Source: Zootoca vivipara (Eukaryota). From it: a stretch of 64,000 nt of DNA. The first letter of the stretch is position 1. Every line of letters begins with the position of its first letter. The notes under the pieces are model-generated. The model ran no database searches and was not told the origin of the DNA. It was given only the letters and a program-made list of their open reading frames with translations. A program made the position numbers and the translations under genes. The DNA lies in assembly GCF_963506605.1 (NCBI RefSeq), contig NC_083276.1, forward strand, positions 47,368,001 to 47,432,000. Direction: 5' to 3'. Positions 1-13,208 of this stretch are shown piece after piece.

Positions 1-219
1 ATCATTCAAAGCTGCATTAGTTTTAACCACTGATTTCAAAACTGCTGAAGACATTCTTATTTAGACACGCCTACCCATATGTTTAAAAAGTTTGAATGGC
101 TATTGTTCAGAAATCCACAAGTCCCACTCTCCTTTCCTACTGGTATGTCAAAGAAGAAGAGAGAGCTTACACCAAAATACCTGCCCAAGCAGGCGGACAG
201 AGACAGCGCCTGCCTAATA

Positions 220-436
220 CAGGCAGCTCCCCGTTTATGTGAGAGTTACAATCCAATGCACCACACGTGTTGGTGAAATTGTGTATAATTGAAAACGACT
301 GCAAGCGCCCCACTCCACCCTTTTAGTGACGTTTCAGTGACGTCTTTATGACGTTTCTGGGTCACTTCTGGGTTTGACCCGATGCACGTATAAACGGTCG
401 TGAACCTACAGGAAGCTTGTAAATGGGGGACTGCTG
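220..436. mobile_element. Tc1/mariner (Tigger-like) MITE, decayed
   Basis: TA-CAGGCAGCTCCCC at the left end and GGGGGACTGCTG-TA at the right end: imperfect TIRs with TA duplication; no coding capacity. Confidence 0.65.
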
Positions 437-1189
437 TATTAAAGAGGAGAGGGTTCTAAAGGGTAGGTGCCACAATAACAAAGGACTAATTCCTAAAGGC
501 ACAGTGCAGTGATCAATGGTATATAAAGAGGATGTGATCTTTCAGCGCAAATAGTATGTGCATAATTTTAAGTCTAATAGAGTCCAGAAAACATATTTAA
601 AGAAAAGCTAACACCTAATACTTCATGTTTGGTGAAACTTCATGGCACAATTTTTTAAGTTTTAAAAATATAGTGTAAATGTAAAAGATCTTTCACTGTA
701 GTGAAAGCAGCCATTTGCAAGCTTTAACTTCACCTGCAATTACAGATACACCGTAATGCTCACTACAAGTTATGTTTTTGTGGTGCTTTATATGGCCTTA
801 AATAGTAATTTATTGTGCACATGACATGTAGCTTGTAAATTACTTTGGGGAAATAAATTATTTAAAAACTGTATACAAACAAATAGCAAAGCAAACAAAC
901 AAAATTTGGATGGTTTTTAACAAAATAGGGAGGCCATGTATATACATTATATATAAAAATCAAACTTGTATGAAAGAGATTGTCTTACTGGTTACGCTAG
1001 TTTGAGGTTTATGGCATTAGCTTGACTCATGTGGCCCTTTTCTAGATGGATTACTTCAGTTAGCTGTTCATGGTTTTCCAAAGCCAACAAAGCCTTGTCA
1101 TATTTTAAAATAAATCCTAATTAACTTGTTCCATTTCCAAACTTCACCGAAGCACAAGCTGGAAACACCCCACAAAGAAAGAGTCCAAT

Positions 1190-1390
1190 GAGAACACAAG
1201 AGCCCTGCTGTATCAAACAAAAGGCCCATCTAGTTTAGCACCCTGTTCTTCCAGGGGCCAACCAGATGCCAATGGGAAATCCATATGCAGAACATAAGCA
1301 CAATCGCTTCAGGATTCTCAGCACAGGGTATAAAGAGACAGACTGATTCTGATACTGGGGCTAATGGGTGGTCATAATGATTAATATCCT
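1190..1390 (-). mobile_element. CR1-type LINE/SINE 3' tail fragment
   Basis: agagccctgctg...aaggcccatctagt...ggccaaccagatgcc is the reverse complement of the tail motif seen at 4360-4480. Confidence 0.6.
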
Positions 1391-1625
1391 GCATATTTTG
1401 TAATAGAGCTTCATTAACTCTAAAAGTTAGGAAAGTTACCAGGATGTCTCTGTTTTCCTAATCTTGATGCTGTTTTTGCTCCAATTTGAACAGCTGTTTC
1501 TATACATTATATAAAAATTATTTAGTTCCTCTCATTATGTGGTGTACTGAGGTGGCCACATGAAAAATGCCTTGAAACATAAATGGGGTATAAAAGAACT
1601 ACAGATCACATAGTTACTTGACAGA

Positions 1626-1632
<7 letters not shown>

Positions 1633-1702
<70 letters not shown>
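1633..1702. repeat. compound (TC)n(TG)n microsatellite
   Basis: Directly visible; it produces the spurious THTHT/ERERE ORFs. Confidence 0.98.
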
Positions 1703-1705
<3 letters not shown>

Positions 1706-1799
1706 AAATGAAGGACTTGGAGAAGCAGTAAGTAGGCAACAAAGGTGGAGTGTCTTTACCAGCTTCAACTGGCTGCCCAGATGCGATGCTATCTATACA

Positions 1800-2100
1800 G
1801 GGATAATCTACTTTCAAAAGTCTATGTTCTGGTAACTTTTATGTTAGGACTGTTGCAATACATTATATGTGGGCCTGCCTTTAAAGAGAGTCCAAAACTA
1901 TAGCCAGTGCAGAATTCAGTGGTCAGATTACTAAAACCAGAATATCTGAGCATATTGCACCGATTCTCACCCAACTGCACTGGCTACCAATTAGTTTCTA
2001 GGTTCAATTAAAAGTGCACAAGACCCCAATACCTCAAGGACTGCTTCTCCCCACAAGAAACAACCCAAACACTGCAATCTTCACCAAAGGCACTAGTTTT
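1800..2100 (+). mobile_element. L2-clade LINE RT 3' fragment, degenerate
   Basis: Frame-broken translation resembling LYVGLP..K..LVQN..ARLL...LHWLPI..RVQ.KV, typical of the L2 RT C-terminal region. Confidence 0.65.
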
Positions 2101-3479
2101 TCTGCTATACTGCAAAAGACAACATATGCCTCTATCTATGCTGTTTTTCAAAGATCAGCCAAACATGTATCAACTAGAAAACAGTTTGGCATTTTTAAAA
2201 TTAATAAGGCAAAATCCCCTTAGCTATTGGCTTTTGCCCAGGATTATGACGGAGATCTTATAAACTATATTTTACTTGACATCTTGCCCATAAAGATTTC
2301 CACAATTTAATTTTTGAGTAGGTTTTTCCCGTCATAAGGGCATTGACAATTTCACTTACATGCAACAAGGAGGTTTGTCCCCATGTTACTGACATCAGCT
2401 TTCATATGAAAACAGAGAGACTTGCTATTTCCATCTATGCAATAATTGCTTTTTCTTAGACTGCCTCCAAATCATCCTAGACTTATAAGAAAGTCACTGC
2501 TTTTGCCTTTCTTTCTCCCTCCTTTACATTCTGAGTAGATATAAGGAATTAATTAAAAGTTAGCTGTCTCTTCATGGTTTAAAACATTAATAAAATAAGA
2601 TGCGAGTCATGTTTCTGCTCCTACTCTTCATTCCTACTGTCACAAACTGTGGCAACTAGGCAAGTCAAGCGATCTTTCATACATCCTAGAATCAAATCAC
2701 ACTTTCTCTGCCATTTCTAGACATTCAAATGGCTTAGGAAAGTAATTCCCAAGCTACCGTTCAAAACCAGAGAGTAAACTGTAGTTGACCTCTGTAACAG
2801 ACCAAAGCAAACCCTCAAGTGACAGCTTCTTCAAGTGTTCCAGTGCTGATATAGATGGGAAATCTGATGGCAGCTGAAATGTCAGCTGACTTTGTGGAAG
2901 GAAAGGTCTGTCAGCTGTTACCCAAAGACATCCATGATTGGGTTGTGGGGGGTGTTCCATAAGATTTCAGGCAGTAACATGCTTTGGGTGAAGATAAGCA
3001 ATCACATTTTGTGAAGAGTGAATTTCTGAAGAAATTATGGAGAAGAATACAAATGCCCAGGAGAGCCTGGAAGAGAGTCCAAGTGTTTGAATGTGTACAT
3101 TAACCTCAATTAGGAACCTTTTGCTCTTATGATGGTTTGTTTCACAACACTAATTGTGGAAAGTGTATATTAAAAAAACCTCTAAGTTTTAATTGAGCTC
3201 AGATCGGTGCCTCCCAACTGAATATTATTTAGTTCCAAAGTTTAGGCAGGTTCCTTGAACTATGTATTGTAGGTTAATGCAGGGCCTGTACAGTTCCATG
3301 GAGGTTTACAAACCAAGGTTTTGGACATTCCTGCCTGGTTCAGACATAATAGTTATAGAACGTTATACATCAGGGGGTTGAACATTAGATGTTTTGGGTT
3401 GGAACTTATATTATCTCAGACCATTAGCCCTGCAGGGGCTGATAGGAAGTTCCTAACAACAGTTTTGAATGGATCCCCA

Positions 3480-3728
3480 AACCCATATTTGTGCATCTGG
3501 TTTTCCCTGCCTAAGTGCAGAACCTTACATTTGTCCCTATTAAAATTCATTTTGTTAGCTTGTGCCCAGTTCTCTAGTCTTTAAGATCATTTTGAATTCT
3601 GATTCTGTCTTCTGTGGCAATAGCTACCCCTCCCAGTTTGGAGTCATCTGCAAATTTGATGCACATCCCCTCAGTTCCTTCATCCAAGTCATTTATAAAG
3701 ACGTTGAACAACAACAGGCCCAGGATAG
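3480..3728 (-). mobile_element. CR1 LINE RT fragment
   Basis: ORF 3574-3756(-) contains LFNVFINDLDEG..CIKFADDSKLGG....DRIRIQNDL, the CR1 FADD motif region. Confidence 0.9.
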
Positions 3729-4480
3729 CGTCAATAAGCATATAGATAGATGTCATCTAGCTGAAAATGTGTACTAAGACTTTTCAAAATATTTTGACAA
3801 GATAACTCACCAAAGTCTCCTGAGTAAACTTAGAAGACATGGAATAAGAGACGACATTCTCTTGTAGATCAGAAATTGGTTAAATTACAGGAAGCATTGA
3901 GTAAAAATAAAAATTCAGTTCACTGAATGAAGAGATGTAAAAAATGGAGTCCCTGAGTAAGTATCAAGACCTGTACTTTTTAATTTGTCCACAAACCATC
4001 TAGACTAAGGGGTGGTGAATGAGACGGCCAAATTAGCTGATGATACAGGTTATTAAAACAAAAAGAGATTGTTAAGAGCTCCAAAAGGACCTGTTCAAAC
4101 TGAGTGAATAGGTAGTAAAATGCTACCTGCAATTCAATGTCAACAAGAAGTGATGTTATGCCAGGTTAAAAAAACACACCTTAAATTCAACTATACACTC
4201 ATAGAATGTGAATTGGTGGTGACTGACCAGGAATGTCATAGTGGATGGGAATATATCAACCAAGTGTATGGCAGCTGAGAAAATATAAACAATCATGCCA
4301 GGGATAATTGGGAAAGTAATTGAAAATAAAACCGCCTATATCATTATGTTGTTATACATGTTCTCTTGTGCTTGGTCCTGCTTGTAGGTCTCCCACAAGC
4401 ATCTGGCTTGCCACTGTGAGAACACTGTGAGATGGGACATTGACCTGATCCAGCAGACTGGATCTTAAATGTTCTTAAAA
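3729..4480 (+). mobile_element. CR1 LINE RT fragment with 3' tail, degenerate
   Basis: Broken frames resembling YxDFQKxFDK...LLSKL..HGIR...NWL..RK...GVP...ADDT...ELQKDL...QFNV, followed by the tail ccactgtgagaac...gacctgatccagc...atgttctta. Confidence 0.8.
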
Positions 4481-4994
4481 GGGTTGAACTACCAATCTAG
4501 CCTCCACAAACAACAAAACATGGAACTATGTTGTACCTGTCTCATCCACCTACCCACCTACCTACCCACTTCAGGAACTAATAGAAGATTTGAGAGTTAA
4601 TAAGATGGGGAAAAGGGGAAAGCGAAGTTAAACTCTCTCTACCAGAGCACCACTTCCCAGAACTTCAAAGCTTAGTTCCTAGCAACAGAGTTTTGACTGG
4701 ACTACCTACACCTACAGCCTAATGTTGACAGACTGGAACTATTGTAAACCAGACATGCTACAAGAAAATAGAGCCATAGTTTCAGAATTAGAAGCATGGC
4801 TGATAAGAATAGTATCTCATGCCTTAGCATGACTGAAAAAATGTAATGTGTATTAATATGCTGATCTTACCTGCAGTCAGATTAATGTACCCATTTTAGT
4901 CTGTTATCATGTACAATGGGGGGGGGGGAGAGAGAGAGAGCATAGCTGGAAGCCAGGCATGAAGGATCAAACCAGCTTAGGGGGGGGGGGGAAT

Positions 4995-5680
4995 CATTAA
5001 AATCTAGATTTTAGATTCTAAAGAGTAGAGAGTTTGCAAAAGAAAAAGAAGAAAGATCAAGTGTGTCAAAAGCTGGTGAGAGTTCAAACAGAACAAGAAC
5101 AGAAAAGAGGCTCTTCGATTTAGCAGCCAGGAGGTCATTGGAGATTTAGCAAGAACTGTTTTGGTAGAATTAAACGGACGGAAACCAGACCAAAAGGGGT
5201 CAAGGGAGCAATTGGAGGAGAGAAATGTATTACAGCGGGTGTAGACCACACATTCAAGTAACTTGGAGACAAAAGGAAGGAGGGACCAAGTGGTGCTTTC
5301 TGAGGATGAAAGAAACAGTGGTGTTTGAAAGCTGTGGGAAAGTGAGAGTCTGACGATGAGCAGCCCAAAAGGGGGAGATGGTGGCCTGCTAGAAGATAAA
5401 AGAGGGTAGAGGAAGAGAAACAGTGGAAGAAAGAACACAGGAGATGTCACTAAGGGGAGCAGGATTGAAAGCATTTAAAAGGGGGGAGAAACTGGAGCAT
5501 CAATGGGAAGATGGAGGAGGAAACTCAAATGAATCAAATCATTCTTGATCTATAATAGAAAATGAGATGTCGAACAGAAAGGTATAAAGCTTTCAGAAGA
5601 GAATGATGAGTGGAATTCTGAGGAAGGGAATAGTAGTCATGTTTTGCGAAGATTGCCAGCTGAGATGCTGGCTTGCTTAA
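4995..5680 (-). mobile_element. L2-clade LINE RT fragment
   Basis: ORF 5004-5474(-) contains SLLPFVSKLLE..V and LDPFWSGFRP.NST.T.LAK, L2 RT motifs with frameshifts. Confidence 0.85.
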
Positions 5681-6162
5681 ATGCACTTGTGTCCTGGCAC
5701 ATACATGTCCGCTGCTTGCAATCCGTAGCCCTGATGCAAACATTGACTACACGTTAATGCTGTGTGTGTATAGGCAGCACATGGCAGCAAGTACACTGTG
5801 ACAGAGGCTCTGTGCAGTACTTACATGGGTTTAGTAAGTTGTGCATGAGCAATGTGGCATTTAAATCACTCCCAAGGTTAGTTATGAGACAAAGCAAGAC
5901 CTTTTCAGTCATTGTCCCAACACTACAGATTATTTCGTCACTGGAATTCCTCTCAGCCTGAACTTGCAGTTATTCAGAAGAGCTAGTAAGCTTCCTAACA
6001 TTCATTTCACACATTATGCTTTGTTACTGTGACTATTCAATAGACAGCTGAAGTCACTGAGAATCCCTGATGAGTACATCTGTATGGTCCATACGTCTGA
6101 CATATTCATAAACGATATATTCTTTTTAAAAACCTGAGGTATACAAATTTAATCAAGTGATA

Positions 6163-6480
6163 GGTTAAACCACAGAGTCTAGGGCTTGCTAGACTCCCGT
6201 GAGCTCCTGTTGCTCGGTCCCAGCTCCTGCCCACCTAGCAGTTCGAAAGCACATCAAAGTGCAAGTAGATAAATAGGGACCGCTCCGGTGGGAAGGTAAA
6301 CGGCGTTTCCGTGCGCTGCTCTGGTTCGCCAGAAGCAGCTTTGTCATGCTGGCCACATGACCCGAAAGCTGTCTGCGGACAAACGCTGGCTCCCTCGGCC
6401 TATAGAGCGAGATGAGCACCGCAACCCCAGAGTCAGACACGACTGGACCTGATGGTCAGGGGCCCCTTTACCTTTACCTT
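6163..6480 (+). mobile_element. Sauria SINE (5' part deleted)
   Basis: ggttaaaccacagagtctagggcttgc...ctagcagttcgaaagcac...gagtcagacacgactggacc and a (TTTACC)n tail; gagtcrgacacgact is shared with the BovB 3' end. Confidence 0.92.
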
Positions 6481-7140
6481 CAATGCTGTTTTACCTGGAA
6501 CAGTAAAGAATTTGTTTTTGTCCTTTACAAGTGATAAATGCTAATGGCGTATTATATAATTTTAGAACATTTATTTTTGTAACTTGTTAGACTTATTGGT
6601 AGGCAGGGAAGTGGGTCATAAATATGTAAATTAAATAAAATTCTGATTGAAAGTAACTATAGAGCTAGGGAGGAGAGAATCTTCAAAGCAAGATAAAGAA
6701 AATCACTGTGGTGGTACACACTGTCAAAAAAGTCTACAATGAAACATCTGACAAAACCAATTGTGAGTATATTTCATTCTTCTCAACTTTATGTTCATTG
6801 AGTGTGACAGGGTGAACTGAAAAACTGGCCCTTTAGATGTAGCTACTCTGCCACCTACTGTTGCTTTCATGATTATATTAGAAGTATTTATGAAAGTAAG
6901 AAAGCAAAATAAAGAAGCTTATAAATCAATCTACTTATTAGTTTTATTTAGGACAACACATAATTTAGTACTGTTTAATATTTTCTGTTGAAGAAAAATA
7001 AAGTACTAAAAGTTCTGCAGAACTATGTATGTTATACATTATAAATCTACTCCTCTATCATTTTTCTTCTCCTGAAGGACAGTTTTCTGCACTTATTGCA
7101 TCTCTTATGCAGAAGATGGAGGATTGTCTCCATAATACTT

Positions 7141-7280
7141 AGAATAATAGAATTTTAAAGTTGGAAGGGACCACAAGGGTCATCTAGTCCAACCCCCTGC
7201 AATGCCCAACCTTTTGCCCAACGTGGGGCTCAAAACCACGACCCTGAGATCAAGAGTCTCATGCTCTACCAACTGAGCTA
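7141..7280 (-). mobile_element. tRNA(Lys)-derived SINE with CR1-like tail
   Basis: Reverse complement reads tagctcagttggtagagcatgagactcttgatctcagggtcgtgg...ccccacgttgggc, then ttggactagatgaccc...ttccaact. Confidence 0.85.
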
Positions 7281-7619
7281 GTATCAGATGCCTGTGGGAA
7301 ACCCTCAAACTGAACCCCAGCACAAGAGCATTCTTGCCTCCTGTGGTTTCCAGAAATTGATGTTCAGAAGCAAACTCCTATCATGGAGACACAGGGTAGC
7401 CATCATGGCTAGTAGCCACAGAAAGCCTTTTTCTCTATGAATTTACTTAACTGTAAAGTGTTTTCATAACCCACAGGGAACATGGACATCAAAGATTCAG
7501 TGGTTCCCAAACATTCACCAAGTTTAACCACCAACGGAAATTTGACTTTATGCACCCAAACATCCAAATCAAATTCCTCACATCACACCCTCACAAAACT
7601 ATTAGACTAGCCTTGCAAA

Positions 7620-7623
7620 ACAC

Positions 7624-7663
<40 letters not shown>
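7620..7663. repeat. (CA)n microsatellite
   Basis: Directly visible. Confidence 0.97.
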
Positions 7664-7665
<2 letters not shown>

Positions 7666-9189
7666 ATGGATTTCAGCCTGCTATTTCAGAATCATGGTCT
7701 TGAAAACTCCATGATGCTCTTTAGGCTTTTGACAAACTTTACATGCATTCGCGCACATTCAGTCGTCCTTCCCTTCGCTATCCTTGCGTCTCTGATTCTG
7801 TTGTTTCAATACCCTTGTTTCTCTCTCCCAGCCCTTGTTGAAATTTATAATGTAAGCTCCTTAGGATCAGGACCTGTCCTACTTGTTTCTGTAACTTGTA
7901 TTTTTGTCCTATGTATAGAAAGTACAAGAGCAATCTTTTTCTCCCCTGCCACATATCTTGCTGCTTCCAGCTTCTTAGCATCTGCAAGCTGAAGGCACTG
8001 CCAGCAAGGCAGTGAAGGGTTAAAACAGTCTATCTTTCATTTACAGCTCCATTAAAGGCTTGTTGTTCAGTGTTAGTTTTGGCAGCTAACAACTGCTATC
8101 TAGAGTAAACATACACCCTCTCTCCAAAGTCTTTGATTTCCAGCTGCCTGTTAGAGGCAACACTCCCACTTCTCTAAGTAACACATCTATAATAGCATCA
8201 GATTCCTACACAGGACTTGAAGAATTTCATTTCATCAAGTATACAGATTAACTGCCAAGACAACATCCCACCTACAGCATTTCTCCAGGAGGTATTCTAA
8301 GAAACCCCAAGATGAAAACGCTGCAGGAAAACAAGCCACCCAGTTTACACGGCAGCATGACTGACAGACAGGCTTTCCAGTAATTCACTAGAACTGCAGG
8401 AATGTAGAGGTGGATTTTCTGGTTGGACTACAGAGGTCAACTACAGTTGATGCACCTTATTTACTTTAAAACTGTAAGCCATTCTTTCATCCACAGCTGG
8501 ATAGATTTAATGGCCACAATGATCCATAATATGTACTTTTAAACCTTTTATTTGTCAGAAATTTAAAAAGTCCATTGCTGGATACTGTGAAAGGTATTCT
8601 TGCATACCATGGAAGCTGCTGCCAGATTAGGATTTGGTGCTGCCCCAGTTGCCAACCTTGCAAGTTTTTAAAAGATTTAAAAATTCAAATAGGACGCTGC
8701 TGTCTTAGCTCCTCCCTTCTTCAGTCTGGCACCAGTAGCATGCAAAGCTTCCTGGAGCCTTTTCTGGAGCTTCCAGAGAAGCATTAGCCAGACAGAGATA
8801 TGCAGAATCTTCCTACAGACCCATGAAGGGTGGGACAAATAGGAAACTGCTGTTTAGGAGGCTGGAAGGCTGTAGCACCCTCCTTCCAAAGGCAGCCTCA
8901 GCTGAAGCTAAAGTGTGATTCTGGAATTCTAAAGGAAAGCAGAAGGTGTTGACGATGTGAACGCTCTGCAAATCTCTTGTAGATGGGCGTTTAGGGGGAA
9001 GGTCACAGCAGCTGCCGCAGCCCTAGACAAGTGAGCCATGATTCTGGTAGGTGGAGGCATAAGCTAACAATATGCATCCTTCCACCCATCCAGTTAGCGT
9101 AGTGGATGATACTCTTTTCCAATCAATGGAGAATGAAAGAAGCAACCATGCAAGAAAGCATATGCATGGAAATTCAGGCATGTGTAGGG

Positions 9190-9350
9190 GCATAGGAAGT
9201 TGCTAAATAGAGTCAGACTATTGGTCCATATAGCTCAGCATTACTGATTGGGCAGTGGCTCTTCAGGGTTTAGGCAGGATGCTTTCCCCATCCCTACTGA
9301 TTCTGAATGCAAAGCAAATGCTCTAATACCAAGCTACAGGCCTTCTCGTT
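9190..9350 (-). mobile_element. old squamate SINE, decayed
   Basis: cataggaagttgc...gagtcagactattggtcca..tagctcagca tail and tgcaaagcaaatgctcta tRNA-like head on the minus strand; same family as the relic at 30070-30192. Confidence 0.6.
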
Positions 9351-9871
9351 CTAGGGGCTAAAAATCCCAAATTCAAATGTCATCTCTATCAAGAACTCAC
9401 TAGGTAAGCTCAGGCAACCTGAGGCCAGTTACTACCTCTCAATCGCAGCCTCAATCTTAAATGAAGATATAATTATACTGACATATTGTGCTGCAGTATA
9501 ATAAGCATTACTGACATTGGATCTCAACTGTGCTTCTGCTGGCAGGAGGAGATAAATTTCACTCATTTCCCCCTTTGCCTGCAGAAACTTGCACCCTCCG
9601 AAAATCTGCTCCAGGTGTTAGGAGACCCTCTAGAACAGCTGGGAAGCTGCAAGAGGAGGGGAGAATACACAAATCACCTTCTGCCAACAGAATCCCTCCA
9701 CTGGATCAAAAGCCTTTTGTGGACAGAAGGAGCCCTTCTGTTTGCGGGTGGCCAAGTCTGGATCCAACCCATATTATGCAGAGTACACTGATCATGCTTT
9801 CTATTGTTGATGACAGCTTCAGAGGAAAGTCCAAACTTAAGAGTAAAATATAAATGACTTCCCTTAACAGT

Positions 9872-10090
9872 TACAGGTAGGTAGCCGTGTTGGTCTGACG
9901 TAGTCGAAACAAAAAATAAAAAGATTCCTTCCAGTAGCCCCTTAGAGACCAACTAAGTTTGTCATTAGTATGAGCTTTCATGTGCATGCACACTTCTTCA
10001 TATAAGTGTGCATGCACACGAAAGCTCATACCTATGACAAACTTAGTCGGTCTCTAAGGGGCTACTGGAAGGAATCTTTTTTATTTTTTG
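9872..10090. mobile_element. Penelope-like element, fold-back pLTR insertion with hammerhead motifs
   Basis: 13-bp duplication ttcccttaacagt (9859-9871, 10091-10103); inverted arms of about 88 bp; both arms contain aagtgtgcatgcacaygaaagctcatac; homologous to 51530-51620. Confidence 0.88.
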
Positions 10091-11035
10091 TTCCCTTAAC
10101 AGTATCTCCTAATGTAGTCTTGTGGTCTCACACAGGAAACTTCCTGACACCTGCTTCAGGCTCAAGCCTTTCCTCCCTCCCCACCACCACCACAAAGTCA
10201 GGGAACTCCTGACATGAGCAGGGACCCCAGAAACCTTACTGGCAGTGGTTGGCTGCCAACTGCCCACTTAAAATGTCCCACAATGCCATGATGATGTGTT
10301 GCTTCAGAACACTGCAATAGATTATTAAAGGGGGAGGGGAGATCTAGAGGTGGGGAAGAACAAGCGCAGGGTGGGTCCAATCTGCAGGCATCACCACTGG
10401 TGTTCTCTCAGCAGACATGCACTCGCTCGTCCCCAAAAGGAATATGAGTTTAACATACTGCTCTGATCTACTGGGTCACAGTCTTTATACAGTACAGTAA
10501 GTTAAAACTTACAACAATCTGTATAAGATAATACCCAGCAGTTGTCAAAACCTCTACACTACATAGGCAACCATTGGAACCCTGTGTATTTCCTTTTGTA
10601 ATTACTTTCTAAGAAGCTAAAAGTATGTCTCAGGGGGAGCGGGTGAAGTCAAGAAAGACAGCTGTGCACTGGACACTTGGGATGAATTTACATAAAGACC
10701 CATGTGAGTTTGTTACCCTTAACTCTATTCCACATAACTCTTTGATCACTGGTAAAGAATTTTCATTAAGAGAGCTTGGCGCACTTATTTTCTGGGAAGT
10801 CCTTCTCATGTGGCTGCCCTTCTCTGGCTACCCTATGGTTTCTTTTCTGTTTTGTTTCGATTAAAATAAACTTGTTCCCCTCCTACAGGAACTGGAACAG
10901 TTTGTTCCACCCTAATGTAGCTGAAGATGGAAGGAGCAACTGTTCTGGAGACTGAATGGATTTTTCTTCTTCTGCAACTAATTTTTGTATTTTGGCACTT
11001 GGAGCTACAGCACAGCAGCACCTCATGATGCAACA

Positions 11036-11452
11036 CAGTGGTACCTCGGTTTATGAACACAATTGGTTCCGGAAGTCTGTTCATAAACTGAAGCGTTCAT
11101 AAACTGAAGCGAACTTTCCCATTGAAAGTAATGGAAAGTGAATTAATCCATTCCAGACGGTCCGCGGAGTAAGCGTTCATAAACTGAAGCAAACTTTCCC
11201 ATTGAAAGTAATGGAAAGTGGATTAATCCGTTCCAGACGGGTCCACGGAGTACTTAAACTGAAGCGTTCATAAACTGAAGCATGGGTGTAATTGGTTCCG
11301 GAAGTCTGTTCATAAACTGAAGCGTTCATAAACTGAAGCAAACTTTCCCATTGAAAGTAATGGAAAATGAATTAATCCGTTCCAGATGGGTCCACAGCGT
11401 TCATAAACCGAAAATTCATAAACCGAGGTGTTCATAAACCGAGGTTCCACTG
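11036..11452. mobile_element. Tigger/pogo-like MITE with internal tandem units
   Basis: TIRs CAGTGGTACCTCGGTTTATGAACAC / GTGTTCATAAACCGAGGTTCCACTG-TA; the unit aactttcccattgaaagtaatggaaa occurs three times; 417 bp. Confidence 0.9.
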
Positions 11453-12997
11453 TATAATAAATACCAGCCAAAATATAGTGTGGCTGATATTCCCATACAT
11501 TTAGCAGACATCTTCCTTCTTATTCTGAAGGAAACATGTTTAAAACAAGAAAGATCAAAATATGTCTGCTAAAAAACCAGGTAAACAAACACATATAACA
11601 CAATGCAAAATGATTTGGGTACAACCCATCCTAGCTTTCATGCCATTAATTCATGACACCTCTTTAGGCCAAAGACATGAGAATTACTCTCTTTTTTTTC
11701 TTGTTAAGTCTCCCATTTATTTGCAAACCAGGAATGTATTTGCTGAATCTAACAAAAAATACAACTTAATTCAGGCCAAGGTTTGCTGATCAGTATATTA
11801 TAAAGTTTCCTTCTGGGAAAAGGCAAACGGAAACTAAATAAGAGTAACTATTTAACACATACAGCTTTGCAGTGAACTGGGGTTTTGAAAAACAAAACAC
11901 GTCATAGTACACATGAAAAGGTTTTTCAATTAACATTGCTGCTTTGAAACCATGACTACACCACAGTAGTCCCCTACAAGACTCTGCCAGCATCTCAGTA
12001 GCCCCTGAATAGATACCATTGACAAACGTCTCATTTTTCCAAAGATCTATACGCCATTGTGATCAGTCCTGCCTAATTTGGAGCTCAAGCGCCCCCCAAA
12101 AACCCCAGGATCTATTTCCTTCAGAATTCCACAAGAAAGGGTATAAGAATCACTAATCAACAACAAGAGTCAGGAAAAGTGCAATACTTCAGTAAGCCTT
12201 GTCAAGCTGAAGTGCAGCATCTGCAAAGTGAGAGGTTTTCCGTAAGTTGAAAAGACTTCAATCCCTTGCTGACTTGCTCTGATTTTTTAAAAAAATAAAA
12301 AGAGAATAGACCAATGATGATCATTTATTTTGACAGCACATCTGTTCTCTTTGGCTTCACTGTGCAACTGCTGTAGATAAAAGTAAAATAACTGAGGTCT
12401 GTTCTACAGCTGAGACATTTTTCTGAATGTAATCCTCAGTCATGTTAGCCACTTTATTCACACATAAATTAGGTGGTGGCATAATCAGGGGTGGAAAATT
12501 TAGAATTCTGATTCTACTATGCCCAAATATCTATGCTGAATTGTCACTGATAAGTGATATTTTGACCTACTAATCAGGAAACCGCTGGTCATAGTCTAAA
12601 CAAAAATTCAGAGCACACTACTCCTCCAGGAACAAAAATGTGATTCATGTAAACTAACTAACTACTTAACTTCAAGGGATGCCTTTGATGCTAATTTTCT
12701 TTTTAGTGGACTATCATCATACATATACTGGTTCAGAAAAGCATAACTTAAGGTGACTTAAACTGATTGTTTCTAACAAAGCCATGTGTCTACTAACCTG
12801 CTTCCAATATTTTCTTAATGTGCATCTGTACTAGTAAAATGTTATTCTCACATCTTAAGATATGTATCTAGGACTTCACTACAGTTAAGGAATACAACAG
12901 GTGAGTCAAAGTTTTATAGGCCTCAATTCAGTGAAATACTGCTGTGTAACATTACTTTTAAGTGTGCGTCAACTATTAAGTTTCAAAGGACCTGCTA

Positions 12998-13130
12998 ACA
13001 TTTTAAACCTCGGTTGAATAAATGTGAAATTTGTCCTTTATATTTCTGTTATGGCACATATCCGTGACTCCTGTAAACAGGAGGACAAATACAGGACAAA
13101 TCTCACCTTTATTCAACCAAAGGTTTTAAA
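12998..13130. repeat. imperfect palindrome, probable MITE remnant
   Basis: ggttgaataaatgtgaaatttgtcct pairs with aggacaaatctcacctttattcaacc. Confidence 0.5.
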
Positions 13131-13208
13131 TCAGAAGAATAGTCAACTTTTAGTTTAAAATCTTTTTTTGTATGTTCACAAACAAATGTTTCACAGGAGG
13201 GACATATA

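Noticed and set aside
3480-4480. Opposed CR1 fragments as one twin-primed insertion
   Set aside because: The two pieces cover overlapping RT regions and differ in sequence and decay, so they are more likely independent insertions.
7205-7280. tRNA-Lys-like sequence as a tRNA gene
   Set aside because: Damaged T-arm and acceptor end, fused to a CR1-like tail, with a second copy at 22838: a SINE head.
10520-10888. Possible plus-strand solo LTR ending aataaacttgttcccctcctaca
   Set aside because: No matching 5' terminus or target duplication could be fixed.
11060-11420. Regularly spaced repeats resembling a CRISPR array
   Set aside because: The spacers are themselves repeated, the block is bounded by Tigger-like TIRs, and the context is eukaryotic.
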